Virus record (IMG/VR): IMGVR_UViG_3300012942_000112
Location: 1-28,239 of that record
Length of the DNA stretch: 28,239 nt
Origin: a virus
Lineage: Duplodnaviria; Caudoviricetes
Strand: one strand, 5' to 3'
In this document: positions 1 through 9,235 of the stretch, in pieces
Position numbering within the stretch: position 1 is the first letter of the stretch
How the letters are laid out: the number at the start of each line of letters is the position of its first letter
Notes under the pieces: model-generated
Database searches by the model: none
What the model was told of the DNA's origin: nothing
What the model saw: the letters and a program-made list of their open reading frames with translations, nothing else
Position numbers and translations under genes: made by a program

Positions 1-140
1 CGTGGAAGAGCGACAAGGTCGGGCACCCGACGGACGACCCGGTGAAGACAAACGACCACGCGCTCGATGCCGGGCGCTATGCCGAATACACCGACGGCAA
101 GGAGCTCGCGGAGGGCGGCGCTAACATCCGACTCCTATGA
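1..140 (+). CDS. terL: Terminase large subunit, C-terminal fragment (5' truncated)
   Basis: Frame from nt 3 reads WKSDKVGHPTDDPVKTNDHALDAGRYAEY...IRLL*. PxKxNDHxxDAxRY is the typical nuclease-domain end of PBSX-type TerL. Lies upstream of the portal; absent from the ORF track. Confidence 0.85.
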   Translation, partial: WKSDKVGHPTDDPVKTNDHALDAGRYAEYTDGKELAEGGANIRLL

Positions 141-358
141 GGCCCGTGAAATGCCCGGCGTGCGGCGGACCGCTCCTCAAAGACCTCATCATCACCGGCA
201 CAGCGGCCGGCTCCTTCGCTTTCGCGAGCCGGTGCCCGGCGTGCAAGGCGCCTTTCACCTTCGAGGTCAAAACGGAGCTCGTGGCCGTCGTCTTCGTCAA
301 CGGCGACCGGCAGGGCGGCGACGAATCAACAGGCGACGCGATGGCGCGCCTTTTATAG
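137..358 (+). CDS. Small zinc-ribbon protein, Mu Com-like
   Basis: CPACG...RCPACK (two CxxC); 73 aa; ATGA overlap with the terL stop. Confidence 0.65.
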   Translation: MRPVKCPACGGPLLKDLIITGTAAGSFAFASRCPACKAPFTFEVKTELVAVVFVNGDRQGGDESTGDAMARLL

Positions 359-373
359 CGCTATACTCAAGGC

Positions 374-688
374 ATGGCTAGGTCGATGACGAAGGACGAA
401 GGGATGGAGCGCATCCAAAGCGCATTCCGCCGATACCGCGAGGCGCGGCTCGAGGACCCATTCGGCGGGCGCGAATACCTCGAGGAGATTCAGGCCATCG
501 TGGACATGGTCGACGCGCCTTTCCTTTTCAAGATTCCGCAACCCGACGGCGTGCCGTACCAAATAAAATTCCTCCCGAAACGGCTTCGCATGGTCGACCC
601 GAAGCTCTCCGGGCTCCCGCTCATCGGCGCGGGTATGCACATGCCGCCAAGCACGGACGGACCGGGGACGCAAGGTATCGTGCTATGA
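374..688 (+). CDS. Hypothetical protein (104 aa)
   Basis: Fills the gap before the portal, genome-typical codons, TATACT 6 nt upstream of the ATG. Confidence 0.65.
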   Translation: MARSMTKDEGMERIQSAFRRYREARLEDPFGGREYLEEIQAIVDMVDAPFLFKIPQPDGVPYQIKFLPKRLRMVDPKLSGLPLIGAGMHMPPSTDGPGTQGIVL

Positions 689-689
689 T
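681..689 (+). promoter_or_regulatory. Extended -10 promoter upstream of portal
   Basis: TG-C-TATGAT at 681-689, 42 nt before the portal ATG. Confidence 0.5.
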
Positions 690-731
690 TTTTTCGTGTA
701 GCGCTCCCGCCGAGCGACGCGCAATCTACTC

Positions 732-2993
732 ATGAAATTCCGCGAACGCATAGCAAACGCCATCAAGGGCTTCGTCGCGAATCCCTCGCAATTCTTTTTC
801 GGGCTCACCTCGCTCGCGTCGAACCTTCGCCGCCGCTCGGTAGAGACGGACCCGGTCGGCAACTATGCCGGATGGGTGTATGCGGCCGCATCGAAGCGCG
901 CCAAGCGCGTCGGCGCCATCGAGCTCGAGCTCTATCAGCTCGCACGGGACGGCGCGCTCAACGAGCTCGAGGACCACGAGATTCTCTCGCTCCTCCATCG
1001 CGCGAATCCGGCTCAATCGAAGTACCAATTCTTTTTCACGCTCGAGCTTTTCATCATCATTTGGGGCTCGGCGCCCGTCTATAAGGACCGCGCCGGCACG
1101 AATAAAATTCTCAACCTTTGGCCGCTCCGCCCGGACCTCCTCCGCGCAATCACCGACTCGAAGGGGAATGTCGTGAAGTACGACTACACCATCGGCGGCA
1201 TGGTGCAAACGCTCCCGGCCGAGGATGTCATCCTCATCAATGAGCCGAATCCGAAGGACCTCCGGCAGGGATATAGCGCCCTCAACGCCGCGGCGCTCGA
1301 GGTCGATGCCGATATGGCGGCCGCGATTTGGAATAAGATGCTCGTCGAGAATTGGGCCGAGCCGGGCGGCATCCTTACGACCGAGCAAAAGCTCTCCGAC
1401 GCGGAATTCACGCGCCTCGAGAAGACATGGAACGCGCGCAAGGGTAGCGGCGATGCGGCACGCGCGGCGGTCCTCGAAAAGGGCCTCAAGTACGAGGCAA
1501 TCGGCCGCTCCCCGAAGGAGATGGACCTCGTCGAACAGCGCGGCGCGCACCGCAACGCCATCGTCGCCATTCTCGGCGTGCCTATGAGCATCATGACGAG
1601 CGAGGATGTCAACCTCGCGAATGCCGAGGTCGGCGAGCGCGTATTCGCCCGCGATACCATCGACCCGGAGATGAATCTCATCATCTCGACGCTCAATGAA
1701 TTCCTCGTCCCGGAATACGGCGACGACCTCATGCTTTCCTACGAGTCCCCCATCCCGCAGGACCAGACGCAAGACCTCGCGCTCGCGACCGGCGGCACCT
1801 CGGGCTTCTTCCTCACGACCAACGAGAAGCGCGAGCTATTCAACTACGCACCGCTCGAGGGCGGCGATTCGATTTTCGTGCCGCTAGGGTATGTGCCGCA
1901 GATTGGCGACGGCAAGGTAGACCCGTATGGCTCGACGGACCCGGCGAAATCCGCGCTCCCGCAGGGCATCAAATTCGTCGAGATGAAGGTGAAGAAGGAA
2001 TCGCATCTCTCGCCGAAGCTCAAGAGCATCAAGCGCCGCATCATGGCGCGCCAACACCTCCGCAAGGCCATCACCGGCCGCATCGCCGACGGCGTGCGCG
2101 CACGCATCGCGGACGCGGTGAAGGGTGCGGAGGAGGGCAAGAAGCTCACCATCAAAATCGTCGGCGCACGCGAGGAAGCGCGCGACGGCTCGGTGAAGGC
2201 GGAAGTGAAAGAGGGCGAGAACATGGACCCGCGCCTCAAGGCGGAGCGCATCGACTATCTCGCGAAGCTCACCATCGCCATCGCCAAGGGCAAGGCGCAG
2301 TACGGCGCATATTTCAAGACGCAGGAGAAAGAGGTGCTCGCGAATCTCAAGGAGGTCGGGCTCCCGAAGGCGTACCGCGGCAAGCTCTCGAAAAAGAGCA
2401 TCGGGAATTGGGTGAATCAAATTCTTTTCGATGCTCACGATGCGAATAACAAAATCGTCGAGCTCTCATCGGCGCTCTACCGCGACAACATCACCATCGG
2501 CGCCGCGGCGGTCGCTTCGCTCCTCGGCATCGACCCGAGCAACATCCTCGCGACGCCGCATGTCGTCGACTTCATCAAGGACCGCTCCTTCCTACAGCTC
2601 GGCGTGAATGACACGACCCGCGACGCGCTCCGGGCATCGCTCACGGAGGGCGTGCAGAAGGGCGAGGGCCTCGGCGAAATCCGCGACCGCATCACCGGCA
2701 TCTACACCGACGCGACCGGCTTCCGGGCCGAGACGATTGCGCGCACCGAGGTCGGCGCCTCGCAGAATTTCGGCCGCACCGCGGAGATGACGAATCAAAA
2801 GGTCGAGAAGAAAGTGTGGATTTGCATATTCTCGAATTCCCGCGACGCTCATATGGACGCGGATGGGCAAGTCGTCGATGTGCGCGACTCCTTCTCGGTC
2901 GGCGGCGAGTCGCTCGACTATCCGGGCGACCCGGCCGGCTCCCCGGAGAACACGATAAATTGTCAGTGCTCCGTATCCCCAACACTCGGCTAG
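732..2993 (+). CDS. HK97-family portal protein fused to a MuF/SPP1 gp7-like head morphogenesis domain
   Basis: First ~400 aa carry portal motifs (LWPLRPD, GYSALNAA, VLEKGLKY, ILGVP, NEKR). C-terminus has RAETIARTE...RDAHMDADG...YPGDP...NTINCQC, typical of MuF. Confidence 0.9.
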   Translation: MKFRERIANAIKGFVANPSQFFFGLTSLASNLRRRSVETDPVGNYAGWVYAAASKRAKRVGAIELELYQLARDGALNELEDHEILSLLHRANPAQSKYQFFFTLELFIIIWGSAPVYKDRAGTNKILNLWPLRPDLLRAITDSKGNVVKYDYTIGGMVQTLPAEDVILINEPNPKDLRQGYSALNAAALEVDADMAAAIWNKMLVENWAEPGGILTTEQKLSDAEFTRLEKTWNARKGSGDAARAAVLEKGLKYEAIGRSPKEMDLVEQRGAHRNAIVAILGVPMSIMTSEDVNLANAEVGERVFARDTIDPEMNLIISTLNEFLVPEYGDDLMLSYESPIPQDQTQDLALATGGTSGFFLTTNEKRELFNYAPLEGGDSIFVPLGYVPQIGDGKVDPYGSTDPAKSALPQGIKFVEMKVKKESHLSPKLKSIKRRIMARQHLRKAITGRIADGVRARIADAVKGAEEGKKLTIKIVGAREEARDGSVKAEVKEGENMDPRLKAERIDYLAKLTIAIAKGKAQYGAYFKTQEKEVLANLKEVGLPKAYRGKLSKKSIGNWVNQILFDAHDANNKIVELSSALYRDNITIGAAAVASLLGIDPSNILATPHVVDFIKDRSFLQLGVNDTTRDALRASLTEGVQKGEGLGEIRDRITGIYTDATGFRAETIARTEVGASQNFGRTAEMTNQKVEKKVWICIFSNSRDAHMDADGQVVDVRDSFSVGGESLDYPGDPAGSPENTINCQCSVSPTLG

Positions 2994-3020
2994 ACATATG
3001 CACGCCCTTGCTTTTCATGG

Positions 3021-3029
3021 TGGTATAGT
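3021..3029 (+). promoter_or_regulatory. Extended -10 promoter for protease/capsid genes
   Basis: TG-G-TATAGT in the intergenic gap after the portal. Confidence 0.55.
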
Positions 3030-3100
3030 GAAGGAGTCGAGCTCACGAGCTCGCGGAATCGCACCTCACGAGGCGCGGACCCGCGAGCTTTTTGCCTAAA

Positions 3101-4057
3101 ATGGAAAAGAAAACTATCACACTCAAGGTCAAGAAAATCGACGGCGTCGAGGTGAAGATGCAGGAGAAGGACCTCGTCATCTCCTCCTTCAAGGCCCTCG
3201 ATGATGCCGGCACTTTCGAGGCCCATGTCTCCGTCTTCGGGAATGTCGACTCATACGGCGAGGTCGTCGACAAGGGCGCTTTTACAGAATGGCTCACGCA
3301 GTACGCGGGCCGCTACCCGAAGGGCGTGTGGTCGCATAATTGGGACGAGCCCATCATCAAGACGCTCGAGTGCCGCGAGGACGAAATCGGCCTCTATGTG
3401 AAGGGCCAATTCGTGCTCGAGGTACAGCGCGCGCGCGAAATCTACGCGCTCATGAAGGCCGGCGTCATCACCGACTTCTCCTTCGGCTTTGCCGTCATGG
3501 AGGACTCGTATGACGAAGCAACCGGCCTCCGCCATCTCAAGAAGATTGCGATTTACGAATACTCTCCCGTGCTCGTCGGCGCGAATCGCGAGGCCACGCT
3601 CATCGGCGTCAAAGCCGACGGCGAGGAGGAAGGTGCCGCGGGCGAGGAGCCCGAGGCGCCGGCCGCAGTAGCGGAAGGTGAGGAAGGTGCAGAGGCAACC
3701 CCGGCGGAAGCTACCGCCCCCGTCTCCGAGGAATCGGAGCCGGCCGCCGGGGCCGATGAGGCGGTAGCAGAGCCGGCACCGGCGCCCGCGGAAGCGGCAC
3801 CGGCGTCCGAGGGTGCGAAGGATGCGGCGATTTCCGCCGCGCTCGACGCGCTCAAGGCGGCTACCATAGCCCTCGAGGCCCTCAAAGGGGCGGCAGAGGA
3901 CGCACCGGCCGCAACCGGGGCGGACACTTCCGAGGTCGAAACGCATGAAGGAAAGGGTGATACCAACGCGGCGAAAGTCGTGAAGGCCATCCTCCGCGAT
4001 GCGCGGAAGGCGGACAAGATTGTCGAGTCGATAATCGTCCGTGCAAAACGAATCTAG
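3101..4057 (+). CDS. HK97-family prohead protease with acidic Ala/Pro linker and possible scaffold tail
   Basis: FGNVDSYGEVVDKGAF, WSHN, GLYVKG, FSFGF, EYSPVLVGAN motifs. ATG 3101 preferred over TTG 3092. Confidence 0.92.
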   Translation: MEKKTITLKVKKIDGVEVKMQEKDLVISSFKALDDAGTFEAHVSVFGNVDSYGEVVDKGAFTEWLTQYAGRYPKGVWSHNWDEPIIKTLECREDEIGLYVKGQFVLEVQRAREIYALMKAGVITDFSFGFAVMEDSYDEATGLRHLKKIAIYEYSPVLVGANREATLIGVKADGEEEGAAGEEPEAPAAVAEGEEGAEATPAEATAPVSEESEPAAGADEAVAEPAPAPAEAAPASEGAKDAAISAALDALKAATIALEALKGAAEDAPAATGADTSEVETHEGKGDTNAAKVVKAILRDARKADKIVESIIVRAKRI

Positions 4058-4077
4058 CCATCATTTTCTTTCTCACC

Positions 4078-5208
4078 ATGGACAAGAAAATCATGCTACA
4101 GCTCGAAGACGGCAAGGAAGTGGACCTCGCCTCGGTGATTTCCGAGGAGTCCATGAAGGCGCTGTCGGACATGGGCTTTTCTCTCAAGGACGGCAAAGTC
4201 GACTTTTCGGCTCTCCCTAGCGCGGTGAAGACCGAGGCTATGCAGAAGCAGGAAGGCATCGGCGAAGCGGCCAATTTCATCAAGAGCGTCGTACTCCCCG
4301 CAAAGGAGCACGCGCGCTTCGGCGTGAAGTCGGTCGAGTATAAGACGACGACCACGGACACGGGAAGCTACGGCTACTCGGTCCCGACGACGCTCGCGGC
4401 GGCCATTCTCGAGAAGAAGCACAAGTTCAACATCCTTCGTGAGCGCGCGTTTTCGTTCGAGCTCGCCGGCAACTTCGACCTCCCGGTCGAGGGCACCGGC
4501 ATCACCGGCTATTGGGTCGGTGAATCGGACTCGGCGGACGCCAACCTCATCACGGAGTCCTCACCTACGCTTGCAAAGAAGACGCTCAACGATTGGTACC
4601 TCGGTGCCCTCGTGAAGGTGTCGTGGAAGCTCATGCAGACCTCCGACTACAACATCGTCTCCTTCATCTCGACTCTCGCCGGCAAGGCGATTGCAGAGAC
4701 GGAGGAAGCGGCGTTCGTAGGCGGCGATGGTAGCTCGAAGCCGACGGGTATCCGTCAGGCATCGGTGTCTAACATCGCACAGGCCGGCGATTCCCTCGCG
4801 TATCAGGACCTCGTGAATCTCTACTTCCTCCTTCCGGCGCAGTATCGGCAGAATGCGGTGTTCATTACGGGCGCGATGGGGGCGAAAGCCATCACCGGCC
4901 TCAAGGACCAGCAGGACCGCCCGATATTCATGCCGGGTATGCCGCTCGACGAGCTCTTCACGAAGCCGATTCTCGAATCGGCCGACATTCCCGAGAACCT
5001 CGGCGGGTCCCACGACACGACCGAGATTTGGTTCGGCGACCCATCCTACTATTGGATAAAGGACGGCCAATCAATGGGAATGGCGACGCAGGATGTCATC
5101 GAGCGCTTGCAGACCAAGGTGGTCGTGTACGCGGCGGTGGACGGCAAGCTCACGCTTACCGATGCCTTCGTGAAGCTCACGGCGGTCAAGGTCGAAGCAG
5201 AGTCCTAG
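4078..5208 (+). CDS. Major capsid protein, HK97 fold
   Basis: GYSVP, WVGE, EEAAFVGGDGSSKPTGI, LKDQQDRPIF, FGD motifs; follows the protease. Confidence 0.93.
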   Translation: MDKKIMLQLEDGKEVDLASVISEESMKALSDMGFSLKDGKVDFSALPSAVKTEAMQKQEGIGEAANFIKSVVLPAKEHARFGVKSVEYKTTTTDTGSYGYSVPTTLAAAILEKKHKFNILRERAFSFELAGNFDLPVEGTGITGYWVGESDSADANLITESSPTLAKKTLNDWYLGALVKVSWKLMQTSDYNIVSFISTLAGKAIAETEEAAFVGGDGSSKPTGIRQASVSNIAQAGDSLAYQDLVNLYFLLPAQYRQNAVFITGAMGAKAITGLKDQQDRPIFMPGMPLDELFTKPILESADIPENLGGSHDTTEIWFGDPSYYWIKDGQSMGMATQDVIERLQTKVVVYAAVDGKLTLTDAFVKLTAVKVEAES

Positions 5209-5299
5209 GACTTCTTCGCGGCGATTCCCTCGGGGCGATGAGTGTGCGGGCTCATCCCTCGCAGAATCCCCACGATATACTCGGGAGGATAAAGCATCC

Positions 5300-5611
5300 A
5301 TGAAATTCGTCTCCGTCAAATTCATCGAGAATCATCCGCCCTATGTGAAGGGCGAGCTCGCCGGCTTCCCCGAGAAGCGGGCCGACGCGCTCATCAACGG
5401 CGGCGTCGCGGTCCCGGTCGATGCGCGCAATCCGCGCGCGGCCGCGGGTATCAAGGCGCTCCGCACGGCTCCCGAGACGCGGCACATTCCGGGCCCGGAG
5501 AATACGAAGTCGGGAGGCGCGGGGTCGACGCGCCGGTGCGGCAATTGCGGCAAGCCGGGGCACACGAAGACGGCGTGCCCGGAGCTCGAGGACGAATCGG
5601 GCGAATCCTAG
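5300..5611 (+). CDS. Small head-associated protein with CCHC zinc knuckle
   Basis: CGNCGKPGHTKTAC matches CX2CX4HX4C; sits between capsid and connector. Confidence 0.7.
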   Translation: MKFVSVKFIENHPPYVKGELAGFPEKRADALINGGVAVPVDARNPRAAAGIKALRTAPETRHIPGPENTKSGGAGSTRRCGNCGKPGHTKTACPELEDESGES

Positions 5612-5614
5612 GCC

Positions 5615-6220
5615 ATGGAGCTCACGACTCTCGCCAAGCTCAAGGCCCATCTCGGGCTTCCCTCCAATGACACCGCGAAGGACGCGGTCCTTTCCGTCAT
5701 CATCGCCGGCTCCTCTCGCTACATCGAGACGCAGACCGCGCGCCATTTCGAGCTCCAATCGCACACGCTCAAGCTCGACGGCGATGGGACCGATATGCTC
5801 ATGCTCCCGGAATACCCGGTGCTCATGGACGGCGACGAGCCCGCCATCTCGGTCCTCAAAATCGGCGACACGGATATCCTCTCGGAAATCGCGTCGGGCG
5901 ATGTCGATGTCGACTCAAAGGCCGGCATCCTCTACCGCTCGGCCGGATGGCTCGAGGGGCGCCGCAATATCACCATCACCTTCTCGGCCGGCTACATCCT
6001 TCCCGGCGAATCGGCCGGCTCCGGCGAGGAGGACGCCCCGGACCTCCCGGACGAGCTCGAGCTCGCGTGCATCCGCCTCTCGGCGCGCGTCTATGAGCGC
6101 CGCACCGCGGAAGGCGTGTCGAATGTCTCGACCGCCGGCTTCTCCGCCAACTATGCGGCCGAAATCGACGACGATATTCAGGCCATCATCGGGGCGAATT
6201 CGCGAATGCGCGTCGGCTAG
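5615..6220 (+). CDS. Head-tail connector (adaptor)
   Basis: LTTLAKLKAHL...IETQTAR...ITITFSAGY...LPDELELAC pattern plus synteny. Confidence 0.85.
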   Translation: MELTTLAKLKAHLGLPSNDTAKDAVLSVIIAGSSRYIETQTARHFELQSHTLKLDGDGTDMLMLPEYPVLMDGDEPAISVLKIGDTDILSEIASGDVDVDSKAGILYRSAGWLEGRRNITITFSAGYILPGESAGSGEEDAPDLPDELELACIRLSARVYERRTAEGVSNVSTAGFSANYAAEIDDDIQAIIGANSRMRVG

Positions 6221-6222
6221 CT

Positions 6223-6552
6223 ATGCTCAATTTCCGCACACTCACCATCTTCCGCCTTCTCTCGGATGATGAATCCGGCGATGAATACGGCCGCGAGCTC
6301 CAAAACACGAGCACCTATCTCACCGGCTTCCTCGCACAGGCGTCGCCGCAGTTCTCCGCGCTCGTGGATGGCGACTATGGCCGCACCTTCACCTTCGCGA
6401 CGGACGATTTCGATACGGATATCCGCATCGGCGACGAGCTCCGCGACCCGAGCGACGGATGCGCGCGCTACCAAGTGAAGGGAGTCGACACCGCGAGCGA
6501 CGGACCCGGACGAAAGCGCCAACTCACTCTCACGAAAGCGATTCAGCAGTAG
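6223..6552 (+). CDS. Putative head closure protein
   Basis: 109 aa, DIRIGD...YQVKGV pattern, position after connector. Confidence 0.65.
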   Translation: MLNFRTLTIFRLLSDDESGDEYGRELQNTSTYLTGFLAQASPQFSALVDGDYGRTFTFATDDFDTDIRIGDELRDPSDGCARYQVKGVDTASDGPGRKRQLTLTKAIQQ

Positions 6553-6566
6553 GGTACAATCGAGAT

Positions 6567-7058
6567 ATGGAGCTCACGATGAAGGTGGACGGGCCGATTC
6601 TCAAGAAGCTCGCGAGCGCTCCCGATTCCGCACGCGCCGCGCTCAAGCAAGGCATGGTCGACGCCTCGACCTTCACCATGGAGAATTCCATCCGCGAGAC
6701 GCCGGCATCGACGGGCAATCTCCGCAAGAGCATCCGCCGCGAATTCTCGAATGACGGGCTCACCGCGGCCATCTTCCCGGCGGTCGACTATGGCGCCTTC
6801 CTCCATGGTCCATTCGATTCGGCCGGCGGCCAATCGCGCCCGTTTTGGATTCCGTCGAAGGAAGCGCTCCCCGGCGGCACGCTCTACCGATGGGCGCAGA
6901 AGAAGGGCATGAATCCGTGGGCCGTGCGCGCGAGCATCGCGAAGAAGGGTATAAAATTCAATCCGTACCTCAAGCGCGCGGCCGACGACTCGACCGACGG
7001 CGTGAAGGAGATATTCGCGAAGGTCATGGACGGCATCGCCGCCTCTCTCGGCGACTAA
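6567..7058 (+). CDS. HK97 gp10-like neck protein
   Basis: TPASTGNLRKSI, YGAFLHG, NPYLKRA motifs. Start reassigned to ATG 6567. Confidence 0.85.
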   Translation: MELTMKVDGPILKKLASAPDSARAALKQGMVDASTFTMENSIRETPASTGNLRKSIRREFSNDGLTAAIFPAVDYGAFLHGPFDSAGGQSRPFWIPSKEALPGGTLYRWAQKKGMNPWAVRASIAKKGIKFNPYLKRAADDSTDGVKEIFAKVMDGIAASLGD

Positions 7059-7068
7059 AATTTTCACT

Positions 7069-7497
7069 ATGTATTCCGCAATCCGCACCGCCATCATCAA
7101 CAAAATCAATAGCGACGCGACGCGCGTGAAGGCCGCATACCGCACGGACCGCTCGAGCATCGACGCATACCCGGCCGCGCTCGTATCGCCAACGCAGAAT
7201 GACGCCGACTATAACGAAACGGCGCCGGGCACGAATAAGGAGCTCTATGTCTTCACCATCCGGCTCCTCTACCCATTCACCGAGGGCCAAGAGAATGCCG
7301 ACCTTGCGCTCGAGCAAGCGCTCGATGAGCTCATCGGCATCTTCCGGGACCGCGATGCGCTCGGCACCATCGAGGGCGCCGGCGCCTCGTGGGTCGTCCC
7401 GGTCCCGAGCGTATGGGGATATCAGGACCGCGGAGACGGAACCTACCGCGTCGCCGAGCTCAAGATTCAAGTCCGCATCTATGTCGACATCGCCTAG
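7069..7497 (+). CDS. Putative tail terminator/completion protein
   Basis: 142 aa, YPAALV motif, lies between the gp10-like gene and tail tube. Confidence 0.65.
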   Translation: MYSAIRTAIINKINSDATRVKAAYRTDRSSIDAYPAALVSPTQNDADYNETAPGTNKELYVFTIRLLYPFTEGQENADLALEQALDELIGIFRDRDALGTIEGAGASWVVPVPSVWGYQDRGDGTYRVAELKIQVRIYVDIA

Positions 7498-7636
7498 CAA
7501 AGCCCCGAATATCCGGGTCCGCGAGCTCCGCCGCGGCGATGTCGTCATGAGCATCGGCCTCGACCTCCCGAGGATATCCACAAGCCGCCCTCGCGCTCGC
7601 AAAGCTCGCCCTCGAAAGCGGGTGTATACTCAATAG
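7481..7636 (+). CDS. Possible small basic protein (51 aa)
   Basis: MSTSPSKAPNIRVRELRRGDVV...RKRVYTQ*; fills an otherwise empty gap but overlaps promoter-like sequence. Confidence 0.35.
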   Translation: MSTSPSKAPNIRVRELRRGDVVMSIGLDLPRISTSRPRARKARPRKRVYTQ

Positions 7637-7640
7637 CGAT

Positions 7641-8645
7641 ATGGGACTTCTACGCGGAGAGGAAATCATCGTCGGAGTCGGCATCGAAGCCGAGCGCGGC
7701 ACCGAAGCGGACATTCAGGCATGGGTGCCGGCGCGCACTCCTACCGGCCTCGCGCCGGTCGTCGATAAGGTCGATGTGAAAGAGACGCGCGGCACGCGCA
7801 TCGCATCGAACGGAAGCGAAGTCGTGCAGAAGCGCGTCGAGGGAGACATCGAGGCGAATGTGCGCGTGCAGAGCATCGGCTACTTCCTCCTTTCGCTCCT
7901 CGGCGCCGTGAGCTCCGCGCTCAAGGGCGGCGAGTCGGTCGTGTATCAGCACACCATCTCCGTCGACACCGAGACGCCGCAGAATCCATCCCTCACTCTC
8001 GGCCTCCATCAGGGCTCCTTCGGGGACCTCAAGAATCTCCTCGCCGTCGTCTCCGAGTCGTCCTTCGAGATTTCCCCGGACGACCTCGTGCGCGCGACGC
8101 ACTCCATCATCGCCGCAAGCGACGCGGACAAGAGCCCGGCGTACTCCCCGAGCTTCTCCGCGGACGATGTGCTTTTCCGCCATAACGATATCGTCATCAA
8201 GGTCGCCGCGAATGTCGCCGGCCTCTCGGGCGCCAACCCGCTCAAGGTCAAGGACTTCAAGCTCGATGTGCCGAACAATGCGCGCCCCGACCAGAATGTC
8301 TCCGAGCTCAATCCGGGCGATGTCATCGGCCTCGTGCTCGAGCCGAAGGGCTCATTCGAGCTCAATCTTTCCGACGATACCTTCCGCGACGCATACGAAG
8401 CCGGCACCTATAAGGCCGTGCAGATTTCCATGACGCGCTCCGACATCACCATCGGCTCCGCATCGCACCCGTCCCTCACCATCACGCTCCCGAAAGTGAG
8501 CTTCTCGAAGTGGACCCCGAATCGCCCTATCGACGACATCACGACCGAGAGCGTGGATTTCACCGCGCACTACGACGACACCGAGGAATACGCAATCGAA
8601 GCCGTGCTCGTGAATAAAATCGCTTCCTACGAAGCCGAGTCCTAA
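7641..8645 (+). CDS. Major tail tube protein
   Basis: 334 aa, beta-rich (GVGIEAERGT, VEGDIE, LTITLPKV); directly precedes chaperone and tape measure. Confidence 0.85.
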   Translation: MGLLRGEEIIVGVGIEAERGTEADIQAWVPARTPTGLAPVVDKVDVKETRGTRIASNGSEVVQKRVEGDIEANVRVQSIGYFLLSLLGAVSSALKGGESVVYQHTISVDTETPQNPSLTLGLHQGSFGDLKNLLAVVSESSFEISPDDLVRATHSIIAASDADKSPAYSPSFSADDVLFRHNDIVIKVAANVAGLSGANPLKVKDFKLDVPNNARPDQNVSELNPGDVIGLVLEPKGSFELNLSDDTFRDAYEAGTYKAVQISMTRSDITIGSASHPSLTITLPKVSFSKWTPNRPIDDITTESVDFTAHYDDTEEYAIEAVLVNKIASYEAES

Positions 8646-8648
8646 TCC

Positions 8649-9017
8649 ATGGACGAAACCCGCACCACGCACACCATCACCACGCCGGTCGCGAATATCG
8701 CGGTCGTGCTCGTCGATGAGCTCCTCGGGGATGACATCGAAGCTATCGAGATGGGCCCCATGCACGGCGCGAAGATGGGCCTCGACATGACGGGCGATTC
8801 CCCGAAGCCGGATTTCCAAGTGGACCCGGCGACGATGTATAAGGCACAGCAAGACGCGCTCATCGCTCGCGTGGTCGTCTCCATCGACGGCTCGAGCGAG
8901 GATATCCGCGGACGCCTCGGCAAGATGAAAGCGGCCGACTACCGCTTCGTCATGAAGGAGGTGAAGGTCATCGCCGACGGCGGCAAGGCGCTCCCGGTCG
9001 AAAAAAAAAGCGCATAG
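8649..9017 (+). CDS. Tail assembly chaperone (gpG-like)
   Basis: Between tail tube and tape measure; ends at an A9 slippery run. Confidence 0.8.
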   Translation: MDETRTTHTITTPVANIAVVLVDELLGDDIEAIEMGPMHGAKMGLDMTGDSPKPDFQVDPATMYKAQQDALIARVVVSIDGSSEDIRGRLGKMKAADYRFVMKEVKVIADGGKALPVEKKSA

Positions 9018-9226
9018 CGCGCAATTATAGGCGCTACTTCGAGGGAAAGGAAGTCAAGCTCGAGCGGGAACAATCCCTCGTCGAGCTTTTGCTCTATCTC
9101 CGCATCTCCTACGCCGAATATCTCCGCACGCCGGCGAGCGTGATTCATGTGGCCCGTATCCGAATGCGCGAGGAAGGGCTCTACAATGCACAGCAGAGGA
9201 AGGAGTCAAGCAAGAAATCGCGCTAG
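9002..9226 (+). CDS. -1 frameshift extension of the tail chaperone (gpGT-like)
   Basis: A AAA AAA at 9002-9008; the -1 frame is open KKKRIARNYRRYFEG...ELLLYLRISYAEYLRTP...KKSR* to TAG 9224-9226, with no ATG near its 5' end. Confidence 0.8.
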   Translation, partial: KKKRIARNYRRYFEGKEVKLEREQSLVELLLYLRISYAEYLRTPASVIHVARIRMREEGLYNAQQRKESSKKSR

Positions 9227-9235
9227 AATGGGGAC

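Noticed and set aside
3615-3960. Ala/Glu/Pro-rich quasi-repeats in the protease gene
   Set aside because: Low-complexity protein linker, not a DNA repeat element.
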